Virus record (IMG/VR): IMGVR_UViG_3300022895_000234
Span: 1-37,082 of that record
DNA: 37,082 nt
From: a virus
Taxonomy: Duplodnaviria; Caudoviricetes
Strand: one strand, 5' to 3'
In this document: positions 23,244-32,627 of the stretch, in pieces
Layout of the letters: each line of letters starts with the position of its first letter
Position numbering within the stretch: position 1 is the first letter of the stretch
Made by a program: the position numbers and the translations under genes
Notes under the pieces: generated by a model
Told to the model about the DNA's origin: nothing
Database searches by the model: none
What the model saw: the letters and a program-made list of their open reading frames with translations, nothing else

Positions 23244-23551
23244 TTTCCCTTTTCGACGCCGCGAGGGTTATAGAGGGCGACGATGAATGCGTTCAGCTGC
23301 GTCGACACCTCCAGTACTCCAGCCTGCCAGACCTTCTCGGTCAACGCTTCAGCCGCTTTCCCCTCCAGTCCGGAACCGGCGGCCAGGATAATCGCGCATC
23401 CCTCCACGCTTAGGGCGTTAATCGTCTGCGATGCACCGCGGAGGCCGCCAAAGCGGCTCTCGATTGCTCGAACGGCCTTGAGGGTGGGCTGCAGGGTGAA
23501 TTCCTCATCGCCCAATTTCACTGTCACGGTACCGTGCAGAGTGTTGTTCAT
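23222..23551 (-). CDS. Tail assembly chaperone gpG
   Basis: 109 aa between tail tube and tape measure, with the slippery heptamer near its 3' end. Confidence 0.85.
   Translation of the reverse strand: MNNTLHGTVTVKLGDEEFTLQPTLKAVRAIESRFGGLRGASQTINALSVEGCAIILAAGSGLEGKAAEALTEKVWQAGVLEVSTQLNAFIVALYNPRGVEKGKDQAGTA
23243..23249 (-). other. Programmed -1 ribosomal frameshift site G GGA AAG
   Basis: In-frame GGGAAAG, the same heptamer as the lambda G-T site. Confidence 0.85.
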
Positions 23552-23591
23552 TGTTCAATCCTGTGAGTGCGGGGCCGGAGCCCCGGCGCTG

Positions 23592-24092
23592 TTATGGGGT
23601 GACCGGTGCCGGCAGCAGCTCGAGGATGTCCGAGTTGATGCCGATGGTGACGTTGCGGCGCACGACGTTGTCAGCAGCACCAGGCGCGACGGTGTTGTTC
23701 ATCACCTTCCCGCGGAAGTAGAACGTGGTTGGAGTCACAACCGGCGAGGCATCCGGATCTCCGTCGTTGAGGGTGACCTTGATGTTGTAATCGCCCTTGC
23801 TCCGGTCCTTGTGCGCGGTCTTCACGGCTGTTTGGCCGGCGTCGCCGTTGTCCAGGCCCACGGTGAGTGTCAGGTCGCCCGCGTCAGCGGTGCCCTTGTA
23901 CTTGCGAACACGGCCATCTTTCAGGGAGGTGAAGGTCACGCTGCTGAAGGTGTCGCCGAACTCGCCCAGGTCTTCAACCTCGCCAACTTCGACATAGGTG
24001 TCGGCTTTGTACTCGGTTTCGGTGTCCGCGCCGGTCTTGCCGCCGATGAAGAAGCGGCAGCCGGCGGCTGTGTTGAGGTTGTCGTCGGCCAT
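23592..24092 (-). CDS. Major tail (tube) protein
   Basis: VGEVEDLGEFGD..FTSLKDGRVRKYKGTADAG motif; synteny. Confidence 0.9.
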   Translation of the reverse strand: MADDNLNTAAGCRFFIGGKTGADTETEYKADTYVEVGEVEDLGEFGDTFSSVTFTSLKDGRVRKYKGTADAGDLTLTVGLDNGDAGQTAVKTAHKDRSKGDYNIKVTLNDGDPDASPVVTPTTFYFRGKVMNNTVAPGAADNVVRRNVTIGINSDILELLPAPVTP

Positions 24093-24148
24093 GAGGGTTC
24101 CTCCAAAGGCACATTGGATAAAAGCCGCGGCGCGGCCGGGTAGGTGGT

Positions 24149-24535
24149 TCAGTGGGTGGTGATCACGCGGACGGTGATCGAGCCCTGGTAAGTGATGCCG
24201 TCGGCGTCGCGCTGAGCGTCGGCCTGCTCGACCCGGACGGATACCGCGCGGCCCACCTCCAGCGGGAGGCGGCGTTCGTCGAGTGCGGCGATGACCTCGC
24301 CGTTGATGCGTTTGACCTCGGCCTGGCCCACGGCATCGGACCAGACCGACAGGTACAGAAGGCGCGTCTCACGCTTGCGGCCTGAGATCGGGCTGCTATT
24401 GACCGAGACCTCCCGATCAATGGAGACATAAGGCATATCCGCGTTCAGTGGTGCGCCGTCGTAGATAGGGCAGCTGACCTCGGCCGTGAGCCTGGCAAAG
24501 ATCGCTTCCTGCAAGGCCAGTGATGGATCAGCCAT
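24149..24535 (-). CDS. Tail completion/terminator protein (DUF3168)
   Basis: LALQEAIFARL..IYDGAP..PYVSI..LSVWS pattern. Confidence 0.85.
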   Translation of the reverse strand: MADPSLALQEAIFARLTAEVSCPIYDGAPLNADMPYVSIDREVSVNSSPISGRKRETRLLYLSVWSDAVGQAEVKRINGEVIAALDERRLPLEVGRAVSVRVEQADAQRDADGITYQGSITVRVITTH

Positions 24536-25028
24536 TGCCTACCCCTTGGCTTGCCTTTCGCAGCGTTCGACGCACCGCAGCTTCGATGTCTGCCATAACG
24601 TACTCCCGGTTGACCTGCATCGACGGCCGGAGCCACGGGTGGGCAGGCCTGGCCGGCATGGCGGGATACTTCCCGAAGAAGTGCGTGCCGTCGCTCTTGT
24701 TAGAGGGCTTTCGGTTGCGGTTGCCAGCGCGCTTTCCTCCAAGGTAACCCTTGGTCCCGTACTCAATGAACCGCAGGTAGAAGAACCGCCGGTTGTCGCG
24801 CTTGCCGCGGATCCCGATCTGAGCGTCCAGGCCACTGGGCGAGACGTACAGCCGCAAGGCTGCAGCGGCGGCGCCGGTATCCTTGGGCATCAACTGCCGC
24901 TGGGTCTCCAGGATGCGGTTAGCCGCCTCCAGCATTGCGGGCTGCAGTTCGTTGTCCATCGTCCGGTGGATATTACGTAGCGTGCGGCGTAGCCGGATAT
25001 CGCCGCGAATGCTTGACCGGCGGGCCAT
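24528..25028 (-). CDS. HK97 gp10-family neck protein
   Basis: PKDTG, FYLRFIEYGT and PARPAHPWLRPS motifs. Confidence 0.88.
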   Translation of the reverse strand: MARRSSIRGDIRLRRTLRNIHRTMDNELQPAMLEAANRILETQRQLMPKDTGAAAAALRLYVSPSGLDAQIGIRGKRDNRRFFYLRFIEYGTKGYLGGKRAGNRNRKPSNKSDGTHFFGKYPAMPARPAHPWLRPSMQVNREYVMADIEAAVRRTLRKASQGVGNG

Positions 25029-25031
25029 GGC

Positions 25032-25202
25032 TTACTCCTTGGCCTGGTCGGCCTTCGCTGGCTTGGCGGCCTTCTCGTCCACCGCCTCGGCGTAGCCGCG
25101 AGCAATCAGCCCCTCGCCGTACTCCTTGGCGACTTCGAACTCTTCGCCCTTCTCTCGTTCGCCAGATGCGCCCGTCAGCGGGCCCAGTGCTCGGATTTTC
25201 AT
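25032..25202 (-). CDS. Small hypothetical virion morphogenesis protein (56 aa)
   Basis: MKIRALGPLTGASGEREKGEEFEVAKEYGEGLIARGYAEAV.. with GAGGTG RBS; fills the gap and is below the ORF-track cutoff. Confidence 0.75.
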   Translation of the reverse strand: MKIRALGPLTGASGEREKGEEFEVAKEYGEGLIARGYAEAVDEKAAKPAKADQAKE

Positions 25203-25210
25203 GGTTCACC

Positions 25211-25537
25211 TCATGGATTCGGTACCGATGAGCAGAGCAGCCTCATCAGGGTGTTCTCGTTGTCCGGCAAAACTGCCTCGACTTGGTAAGTGACCCCACG
25301 GCGCGTCAGACGCGACCCGGCAATGATGTCTGAGCGCGGCCTACCGATAATCTCGGCCGTGACAACAGCACTCAGCTTTTCAGCAACTGCTGTTACGCGC
25401 CCAGTAGGGGTGCGGACTTCGCCCCACATTTCAGGGTGAACTGCAGGACGCCACGTCACTGTTGCTCCCCCAGACTTATTGCGCTCCTCATGTCGGTGGG
25501 TCACCTCGAACAGGTGACGTAGCGGGCCGGCCCTCAT
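25211..25537 (-). CDS. Head-tail adaptor / head closure protein
   Basis: MRAGPLRH..WGEVRTPTGR..YQVEAVLPD..LRLLC-like pattern (SPP1 gp16-like). Confidence 0.85.
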   Translation of the reverse strand: MRAGPLRHLFEVTHRHEERNKSGGATVTWRPAVHPEMWGEVRTPTGRVTAVAEKLSAVVTAEIIGRPRSDIIAGSRLTRRGVTYQVEAVLPDNENTLMRLLCSSVPNP

Positions 25538-25875
25538 ACGCCCCACCCGATACGATGCGGGGTCAGGAGTGCCTCGGAGCCCTTCGGCATCTCAGTGGCA
25601 ATGGTCCCGGTCACAACATCCTCACGGTTGGCGTAAAGGTGGCCAAGGATCAGCAACGAAGCGGCCTTGATCTGCTTGTTGCAGACCATTGGAGACTCGC
25701 CGGCATCCCCGGCGGCGACAGCCTCATCCAGCGCCTGCTGGTCCGCATAGAAACGACGGTTCAGATAGTCCATCGCCTGCCCTTCGGCCGCCTCGATCAG
25801 GAGCTCCAGGTAATCGTCATCGTCGTCGGGGTCCCGCAGGTGATGACGGGCAATGGTCAAACTGATGACCGACAT
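25534..25875 (-). CDS. Head-tail connector protein (HK97 gp6-like)
   Basis: ARHHLR, LIEAAE..YLNR, IKAASLLILGHLYANRE, ALLTPHR. Confidence 0.92.
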   Translation of the reverse strand: MSVISLTIARHHLRDPDDDDDYLELLIEAAEGQAMDYLNRRFYADQQALDEAVAAGDAGESPMVCNKQIKAASLLILGHLYANREDVVTGTIATEMPKGSEALLTPHRIGWGV

Positions 25876-25879
25876 ACCC

Positions 25880-26416
25880 TCACTCCTTCAGTGATTCGAG
25901 GGATGCCAGATTCCGCTGCACCAGCTCTTCAGCGTGCCGGCGCGGCACTGTATACGCCGGGCCGCCGCGACGGCGAAGCTCGCCTTCATCCATGTATGAC
26001 CGCAGCGGATAGATCTGAAGAGTCGCAGGATTGAGCTTCACCTGATCCTCTGGTGCCAATGAATCAGCGCCGGTGCTGCTGTCGACCAAGGATGATGCGG
26101 CCTGGTTGGCGTCTTCGGATGCCGCAGCGTCAGCTGCGGCGATGCCAGCGCTGGCACCCTGACCGCCCGTGACGACATCCGACCCAGTGCCAGCAGCCAT
26201 TTGCGCTTCTGGCAGCACCTGGTTTGAGCCTTCCGCTTGGCCTGGAGCAACTACGGGGACACCCGAATTGCCAGGGTCACCGCTAGCTGGACCGATCGCA
26301 CCGCCAGGCGAAAGAGGCGAACCGGCAGCCCCAGACGGGCCGCTGCTGGTATCAACGGTCGAGACTGGATCCTTCGCATCAGTCGTGGATGCTGGTGTTT
26401 CCTGTTTACGTGCCAT
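25880..26416 (-). CDS. Hypothetical protein after the capsid gene (low-complexity linker plus small C-terminal domain)
   Basis: GGAG RBS before MARKQET; Ser/Gly/Ala/Pro-rich body; C-terminal IYPLRSYMDEGELRRRGGPAYTVPRRHAEELVQRNLA. Confidence 0.7.
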   Translation of the reverse strand: MARKQETPASTTDAKDPVSTVDTSSGPSGAAGSPLSPGGAIGPASGDPGNSGVPVVAPGQAEGSNQVLPEAQMAAGTGSDVVTGGQGASAGIAAADAAASEDANQAASSLVDSSTGADSLAPEDQVKLNPATLQIYPLRSYMDEGELRRRGGPAYTVPRRHAEELVQRNLASLESLKE

Positions 26417-26464
26417 TGGATTACTCCATTGGGGCGCCATTTCTGGCGCCGCGTTGCGGAAGGG

Positions 26465-27652
26465 TTAAGGCGTGACCAGCGGGCCAGTGACAAACGCTTC
26501 GTCGCGATAGATGGCAAAGGCCAGGCGCTCTTCAGCGCGAATCGTTGCCATGTTTTTCTCGAAGTCATCACCGTTCTCGGTCGAGATCAGCACTTCGATT
26601 TCCATGCGGTCGAAGATCTGGGCGCCGAGCTTGAACGCACCGACGAGGAAGTCGTTCTGTGTCATGGCCTGGGTAGAAACCACAGGGCGATTCCAGAGTT
26701 TCGCGTTGGTGCCTTCCTGAGGCTGGCCGATGATGTAGCGCCCCTCGCCGTCCTTAGTCAGCTCAATGGCCGCCCAATCGATCGGGTTGAGCACGATGCC
26801 GTCGGATGGGAACTCGGCCAGTTCGGCCTGCAGCAGCGCCAGGCGCAGGCGGTCAATGCGCTGCTCGCCCACTACAGCTACACCAGCCGGGGCGGCGTAC
26901 AGTTGAGCAACGGTCATGAGGCCCTGCAGGTTCACGCCAGTGCCGTTGCCGTAAAGCAATTGAGCTTCTTCCGCCATGGTGAGGCCGTAGCGTGCACGAC
27001 CGTCGATATAGCTCTGCAGTGCCTTGGCGTCGTCCAGCATCTGGCGGCTGGCTTTGAATAAATGGGCGATGGTCCGCACGTTCGCCGTGGCCAGGCCGAA
27101 GGTCAGGTCGGAGTACGGCTTGGCAGTGTTCTCCGCCACAGTGCGGGCGTTATTGACGAAACCGGTTTCACGGACGTACTCGATGGAGTTCGATTCGGTG
27201 GTACCTGGCGCGACCAGGTCGCGGACGGTCAGTCGGCGCTGAGGCGGGGCAATGATCCCTGGCAAGCGCTGAGTCTGCACCAGGTCACCGCCGGTTGCGG
27301 TAGTGATGGCCGCGCGCGGCACGGAGACACGGCGGGAACCACGGAAGGACGAGTTCATGTCCTTCATTTCTTCGCTCTCGATCACGAGAGCGCCTACCGA
27401 TTTCTGCGGCTCTTCCTGATGGCTCCGATCCCGGCTTGCATTCACCAGTTTCTGCTCTGCCTCGCCCAGGCGCGCCTGAAGCTCGCCCTGCTTGGTCAGC
27501 AGTTCATCGACCTTGGCACGCGTTTCGGTATTCATTTCACCGGAAGCCTTGATTTGCTTCTCGGTCGCCTCGGCCTGGCTTTTGATCTGATCGCCAATGC
27601 CCTTGAGGCTGGCGTTGAGTTCCTTGACTTGGGCTTCAAAGTCCATGGTCAC
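26465..27652 (-). CDS. Major capsid protein, HK97 fold
   Basis: Coiled-coil delta domain, RRLTVRDL, VAENTAKP, ASRQMLDD, EEAQLLYGNG, FEKNMATIRAEERL. Confidence 0.97.
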   Translation of the reverse strand: MTMDFEAQVKELNASLKGIGDQIKSQAEATEKQIKASGEMNTETRAKVDELLTKQGELQARLGEAEQKLVNASRDRSHQEEPQKSVGALVIESEEMKDMNSSFRGSRRVSVPRAAITTATGGDLVQTQRLPGIIAPPQRRLTVRDLVAPGTTESNSIEYVRETGFVNNARTVAENTAKPYSDLTFGLATANVRTIAHLFKASRQMLDDAKALQSYIDGRARYGLTMAEEAQLLYGNGTGVNLQGLMTVAQLYAAPAGVAVVGEQRIDRLRLALLQAELAEFPSDGIVLNPIDWAAIELTKDGEGRYIIGQPQEGTNAKLWNRPVVSTQAMTQNDFLVGAFKLGAQIFDRMEIEVLISTENGDDFEKNMATIRAEERLAFAIYRDEAFVTGPLVTP

Positions 27653-28506
27653 TTTCCTTTCAGAGAATTGAGGAGATTGGTTGCCGCGCTCAGAGAGGCG
27701 GAGAGGTCTGGCGCGACAGCGCTGGGCTTATCGGTCGAGGCAGCGTTATGCGTGCCCCCGCCGGGAGCGCGAGGCATGCCGGACTTGAAATTGGCGAACA
27801 GTTCGCGGCGCTCGGATCGAGGCATCCCCCCCTTGGCCAGAGCGACATCCATGGCCTTGAGCGCATTGTTCTGGGCCGCGTCCTCGGTTTCGCGTTCGGT
27901 AACTTCGCTGGAAGACAACACCCCAGTCGCCAGGCCAAGCTCCACGGCGCGCTTACCACGGATATAGGTTTCGTCGTCCATCAGCTCGGCCATGTCCTCC
28001 GCCGACTGCCCACTCGTCTCGGCGTAGAGGTCAGCCATCGCGGCATCGAACTCCTGCATATCGTCGGCGATATCACGGAGGTAGTTGCGATTGCCGGCGA
28101 GCCAGGTCCAGCAGTTGTGGATCATGAGGAAGGCGCTGCTGGCCACCTCTCGCTTCTTCCCCGCGAGGAAGACAATCGAAGCAGCGCTCGCCGCCATGCC
28201 GAGCACCTTGGTGGTGACCTCGTGGCTGTGTTCTTGAAGGCGGTTGTAAATGGCAATGCCTTCGAACATGTCACCGCCTGGCGAGTTGATGTAAACGGTG
28301 ACATCACGCTCGCCGATCGCCCGCAAGGCGGCGTCGATTCGTTTCAGCGTGACGCCCTCGCCATACCAGTCTTCGCCGATCACGCCGTACACGGTGATGG
28401 TGTCTGAGGTGTTCTCGACGGCCGCCTGGATCGCGGGATTCCATTTGTCGAGCGCGCGCGGGCTCATCTCGCTGCGCAGGCCGCGAGACTGGATCTTGTG
28501 CTTCAT
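27649..28506 (-). CDS. ClpP-type (S14) prohead maturation protease
   Basis: YINSPGGDMFEG, GMAASAAS (Ser), LMIHN (His), ETY..AVELGLA. Confidence 0.93.
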   Translation of the reverse strand: MKHKIQSRGLRSEMSPRALDKWNPAIQAAVENTSDTITVYGVIGEDWYGEGVTLKRIDAALRAIGERDVTVYINSPGGDMFEGIAIYNRLQEHSHEVTTKVLGMAASAASIVFLAGKKREVASSAFLMIHNCWTWLAGNRNYLRDIADDMQEFDAAMADLYAETSGQSAEDMAELMDDETYIRGKRAVELGLATGVLSSSEVTERETEDAAQNNALKAMDVALAKGGMPRSERRELFANFKSGMPRAPGGGTHNAASTDKPSAVAPDLSASLSAATNLLNSLKGK

Positions 28507-28522
28507 GGATTACTCCCGTGAT

Positions 28523-29821
28523 TTACTTTTCGGGCTGTTGGAGCCAGTTCATCAGAGCGGCCCTTGCGGCCTGCCCATCTTCTTGCTTACCCAGCTGGTC
28601 CAGCGGCACCAGATTCGATTGCACGGTCAGCACGTCGCCACCTGGCATGCTTGGAAGGTTCTCTTTCCGCCGCCCTTCGTTTCGGGTCAGGTAGCCGTTC
28701 TGGCCCATCGTGCTGAGATAGGCTGCCCGACCGGCGCTGTCCGCACGCAGGAACGCTTCAAGTGAGTACTCGGCGTAGAATTTGATCCGGTCAACCGCCG
28801 TCATGCACCACTTGTTCACGCACTGCTCGATCGGCGCGGTGAAGGACATGATGCAGTACGTAAGAAACGCGATCTGCTGTTGCTCCAGGCCGGTCCCCCA
28901 GTTGCTGCCCTTGTCGGTCTTCATCACCATCCAGGGCGGAACGCCGAACCATCGGCAAATTTCCTCGATGCTATGCCCTCTCGACTCCAGCAACTGCGCA
29001 TCGGCAGGGTTGATCCCGATCATCTCCGGCTTCACGCCCTGCTCAAGTACTGGGCTCTTGCCGGCATTCAATGCCCCGGAGATTGTCTTAACGTACTCAC
29101 GAAACTCGACGCGCTGAGCCGGGTTAAGCGTCTTGTCGACCGAAAAAGCGACTGTGGGCATCATGCCGTTGCGGAATGTGCTATTGGCGGCATCATCTGC
29201 AGACATCGCAGAACCGAACACATCCGCGCCGTACCGAATAGCAGAAAGGCCAACTCGGCCATCCAGGGTGAAGGCTGGGATGTGAAGCATGTCCTGCCGC
29301 TGGATCTCTCGGCGCGCTCCCTTTCGGGGCCTGAAGAAATACCTGAGTCGTCCATCGTCGTCGAACTCAAGGTCGACTCTCGACGGCATCAGGAAGTCCA
29401 GGGCAATGACGCGCCCAGCGGAGCGATGGATCTCGCAGTAGGCGTTGCCCCACAGCAGCATCGAGGCGACGACTGCCTGCCAGAAATGAAAGGCAGCCAT
29501 GTCTTCGTTGGGGCTGTTGTGCACAACGTCGTACAGCGGGAAATCACGGGCACTCTCTCGGCTACCATCGGGCATCCGCCGGTAGATGCTCAGCGGCAAG
29601 CCGGCTACCGAGGTCGAGATGATACGGACGCATGCCCACACGGTGGACAAGCGCATGGCCTTGTCGACGCTGACTGACTTACCACTACTGGACTGGGCGC
29701 CATTAAAGGGACTCCAGAAACCGCCATCCGACAGCTTGATGGTCTTGCCCAGCCATTCGCTCATACTGGCTGAGGGCTTGGTGGCAGCAGCGCCTAAAGC
29801 CTGGGATAGGGTTTTAATCAC
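28523..29821 (-). CDS. Portal protein, HK97 family
   Basis: STVWACVRIIS..VAGLPL, SPNEDM, LLWGNAY, DMLHIP, EEICRWFGVPP, LTRNEGR. Confidence 0.96.
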   Translation of the reverse strand: MIKTLSQALGAAATKPSASMSEWLGKTIKLSDGGFWSPFNGAQSSSGKSVSVDKAMRLSTVWACVRIISTSVAGLPLSIYRRMPDGSRESARDFPLYDVVHNSPNEDMAAFHFWQAVVASMLLWGNAYCEIHRSAGRVIALDFLMPSRVDLEFDDDGRLRYFFRPRKGARREIQRQDMLHIPAFTLDGRVGLSAIRYGADVFGSAMSADDAANSTFRNGMMPTVAFSVDKTLNPAQRVEFREYVKTISGALNAGKSPVLEQGVKPEMIGINPADAQLLESRGHSIEEICRWFGVPPWMVMKTDKGSNWGTGLEQQQIAFLTYCIMSFTAPIEQCVNKWCMTAVDRIKFYAEYSLEAFLRADSAGRAAYLSTMGQNGYLTRNEGRRKENLPSMPGGDVLTVQSNLVPLDQLGKQEDGQAARAALMNWLQQPEK

Positions 29822-29975
29822 TGACAAGCCCTCTGCGGATGAAGCCAGCGATGCAGAAGAAGCTCAGCGATCCGGCCAGCAAAGCCCAGCCGGTACCAGC
29901 CAGCATCCAGACCCCGCTGCATGCCAAGCAGAAAGCGACCACTGCGCAGGCGATGAAAATATGAAATGCGTTCAT
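29814..29975 (-). CDS. Small two-TM membrane protein between terL and portal (53 aa)
   Basis: MNAFHIFIACAVVAFCLACSGVWMLAGTGWALLAGSLSFFCIAGFIRRGLVSD; ATGA overlap with the terL stop and overlap with the portal start. Confidence 0.7.
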   Translation of the reverse strand: MNAFHIFIACAVVAFCLACSGVWMLAGTGWALLAGSLSFFCIAGFIRRGLVSD

Positions 29976-31651
29976 GCGATCAGTGGGTCCCGAATGCCAG
30001 CCATAAAGTTGTCCATTCCCCCGCGCCCCTCAGGATTGAGGCTGATCAGAGAAACGGCGTTGAATGTAGCCATCAGCGGGTCGATCTTTGCCGTGCCCGA
30101 GGCCTGCTTGGTGATCAGGAAGGCGTTCGCCGAGGGCACCCCTTTGGCGTTGCCGCATGACCAAGCCATCAGCGGCTGGCCGCAGTGCAACAAGGTGCCC
30201 TCGGCGAGCTTCCGCTCAGTGGTCTTGATTGCACCGGTAAGCTTCCAGCCCTGGGAAATACCGACGATCTTGTCTTCTTCAACGTCTGCGTCGGCCAGGG
30301 CATCAAGAACTGCGCCGATCCCTGCCGGGTCGAGCCCCACCTTATCCAGCAATCCAGTTGCATTGACGCGGGCAACAATGGCTGCGAACTGCTCCACGTC
30401 ATCACCGATACGCTCGACAATCGTCAGGTCACCGGCTTTTTCCAAGTCCCGGAGGCGCGGTGCCTCAGATTTGCGCCGTTCTAGGACGGAGGGGTGGGCC
30501 CAGGCGTGAGCCCAGTGGAACCATCTTCGGGTACCAGACTCCCGCCCAATCACTGCAAGACCGAGCAAGTCATCCAAACCGCCACCGTCGCCGCCAACAT
30601 CGATTACCTCGCATCGCGTGAGGATTTCATCAAGGCTGAGCCAGCTTGTACTTTGGGGCTCCCAGAACTCCGCGCCGACCCAGGCGTCGGACATCAGTGC
30701 GAGGCCGATTTCGATGTTGAGGTGCTTGGCCAGGAAGCCGCGTAGCTCAGCCTCGCCGTCCAGTTCAGCCTGCATAAACAGGCGCTCAAGCGTAGGTCGG
30801 TCAACCGAGTAGTCGATGTTGGGATTGACCAGGTGGAAGTTCTCAGGCTTCCTCGCCTCGCCGCTCTTGATCATCTCTTGAGAGAACTCATAGATGATCG
30901 GCAGGAAACGGTTGTCGTCGATCCGGCCATCACGCACGCCGCGAGCGTAGTTGAGCTTGGAGCGGAACACACCAGCCGGTGGCTCGTTTGACTGGGTCGT
31001 CAGCCAGATGATGAAGCCTTCAGGTCGCGACAGCAGACCACCAGTAGCCTCCCGGATCATGTCAGCGGCTTTGGGGTTCTTGCCGAATAGCCAAGCCTCA
31101 TCGATGAGGACGCCGACCGCCTTCTTGCCGCCAACCACGTCGCTATCCGCAGCCACTACCTTCAAGGTGGCGCCGGTCTCACGATGAGTGATCAGCCGCA
31201 GGTGCGGCTGGACATGCAGCAGCGCTTTCAGCTCGTCGTCATTGTTGACCATGTCCTTGGCCGGGATGAACGAGTTGTCGGCAATCTCCTTAGTCGGCGC
31301 CAGAATGATGAACTCAGCTGAAAGGCGCCAGTTGCGGATCAGTGCTGTCAGCATGATCCCTGCTGCAATCGTGGATTTACTGTTTTTTTTCGGGATGCAG
31401 AGCATCACCTCCCGAATCAGACGTTCGCCGGTCTCGCTGTTGTAGCTGCCGAAGATGGCCCCGGCAAACGCCAAGACCCAGGGTGCGCAAGCGGCTTCAA
31501 TGGTGGGGCTGCCCGGGGCATCGACGATCTTCAGCCCCTTGAACACATCGAGGCCGGCTTCAGCTTCGTCTGGAAACAGCGGCTCAGGGATGATTGATTC
31601 GCCCGCAGCCAGGCACCTCCACCAATCCGGGCAGGCCGTTGTCCATTGCAT
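29972..31651 (-). CDS. terL: Terminase large subunit
   Basis: Walker A variant IPKKNSKST, Walker B VLIDEAW, TTQS motif, nuclease GGDGGGLDD and KIDPLMA. Confidence 0.95.
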   Translation of the reverse strand: MQWTTACPDWWRCLAAGESIIPEPLFPDEAEAGLDVFKGLKIVDAPGSPTIEAACAPWVLAFAGAIFGSYNSETGERLIREVMLCIPKKNSKSTIAAGIMLTALIRNWRLSAEFIILAPTKEIADNSFIPAKDMVNNDDELKALLHVQPHLRLITHRETGATLKVVAADSDVVGGKKAVGVLIDEAWLFGKNPKAADMIREATGGLLSRPEGFIIWLTTQSNEPPAGVFRSKLNYARGVRDGRIDDNRFLPIIYEFSQEMIKSGEARKPENFHLVNPNIDYSVDRPTLERLFMQAELDGEAELRGFLAKHLNIEIGLALMSDAWVGAEFWEPQSTSWLSLDEILTRCEVIDVGGDGGGLDDLLGLAVIGRESGTRRWFHWAHAWAHPSVLERRKSEAPRLRDLEKAGDLTIVERIGDDVEQFAAIVARVNATGLLDKVGLDPAGIGAVLDALADADVEEDKIVGISQGWKLTGAIKTTERKLAEGTLLHCGQPLMAWSCGNAKGVPSANAFLITKQASGTAKIDPLMATFNAVSLISLNPEGRGGMDNFMAGIRDPLIA

Positions 31652-31654
31652 AGG

Positions 31655-32131
31655 TCAATTCTTCACTACGGAGAGGGGTGGCTTGCCTTGGGAGTACTTG
31701 CCTTTACCGACCTGTTTGGCGGCCTCGGCCTTCTGCTCTTTCTTGCCCTGGTCAGCGACCTTGCCGTGCACATAAGGCATCAGCGTCTTGGCCGCTTCCA
31801 GTCGCATACGCATGTCGGCGCCTTCGGCGTTCATCAGCTCAGTAAGGAAGGCTCGCGGGTCGTCGGTCTCTGTGAGAGATACCTCGCCGGGCTGCTCAAA
31901 TTCCGGCTGTTCAGCTTTAACTTTTCGCGCAGGTTTAACTTCGGTGCTGGTTGCCTGCTTTTGCTTCAGGCGTCGCCCGACCTCTGCGAGCACGTCGGGG
32001 TCCTTGGCTAACTTGGAGCCCGCTTGCGACGCGGTCTTCTCCGAATATCCGGCAGCAATCGCCGCCTCACGATTTGTGGCCCCCAACAGCAAAGCGTCAA
32101 CAAACCGCCGCTTCTTGTCGGTTAAAGCCAT
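31655..32131 (-). CDS. terS: Terminase small subunit
   Basis: LTDKKRRFV..AAIAAGYSEKTA..GSKL HTH signature; RLEAAKTLMPYVH. Confidence 0.92.
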   Translation of the reverse strand: MALTDKKRRFVDALLLGATNREAAIAAGYSEKTASQAGSKLAKDPDVLAEVGRRLKQKQATSTEVKPARKVKAEQPEFEQPGEVSLTETDDPRAFLTELMNAEGADMRMRLEAAKTLMPYVHGKVADQGKKEQKAEAAKQVGKGKYSQGKPPLSVVKN

Positions 32132-32149
32132 GGTTAACTTTTCCTGAAA

Positions 32150-32225
32150 CGGGAAAAAATGTGTACGTGGGGTCGGTGGCGGTCTAGCTAGATGAGAATC
32201 CCTAGCTTTCGCCCCCCTACCCCTT
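32150..32225 (-). other. Probable cos packaging region
   Basis: Non-coding gap between HNH and terS. Minus strand reads GGGGTAGGGGGG..TCTAGCTAGACCGCCACCGACCCCACGTACACATTTTTT, the G-run / GACCG / GC-rich core / T-run layout of HNH-dependent 3'-cos phages. Exact cut site not determinable. Confidence 0.55.
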
Positions 32226-32288
32226 TAGAGGCACGTCACTGGCGTGCCTCTAGCTCTCCGGGCTGGGTTTCGGCGATCCGCTGACGTG

Positions 32289-32627
32289 TCAGCCACCCAG
32301 CCCCGCCGCCTCCTCGGCCTGCTTGACGGAGTCGTGGCAAGGCTTGCAGAGACTCTGCCAGTTGGCCTGGTCCCAGAAGAGGGCCATGTCGCCACGGTGA
32401 GCAACGATGTGGTCGACAATCCTGGCGGCAGTTGTACGGCCGTTCCGCTCGCAGTAGATGCATAGCGGGTTGTCACGCAAATACTGCTCTCGCGCCTTCT
32501 GCCATCGATAGTCGTAGCCACGCTGGGAGCTGGTCATGCCGCTTCGCCAACTGCCTGGTGTGACCACCTTGACCCGCGAGCCTGCGCTTTCCTTGATGCG
32601 CGGCCCCAGTGTCCTGAGCCTGGCCAT
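32289..32627 (-). CDS. HNH endonuclease (terminase-associated, HK97 gp74-like)
   Basis: RGYDYRWQKAR..PLCIYC..IVDHIVAH..WDQANWQSLCKPCHDSVK. Confidence 0.93.
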   Translation of the reverse strand: MARLRTLGPRIKESAGSRVKVVTPGSWRSGMTSSQRGYDYRWQKAREQYLRDNPLCIYCERNGRTTAARIVDHIVAHRGDMALFWDQANWQSLCKPCHDSVKQAEEAAGLGG

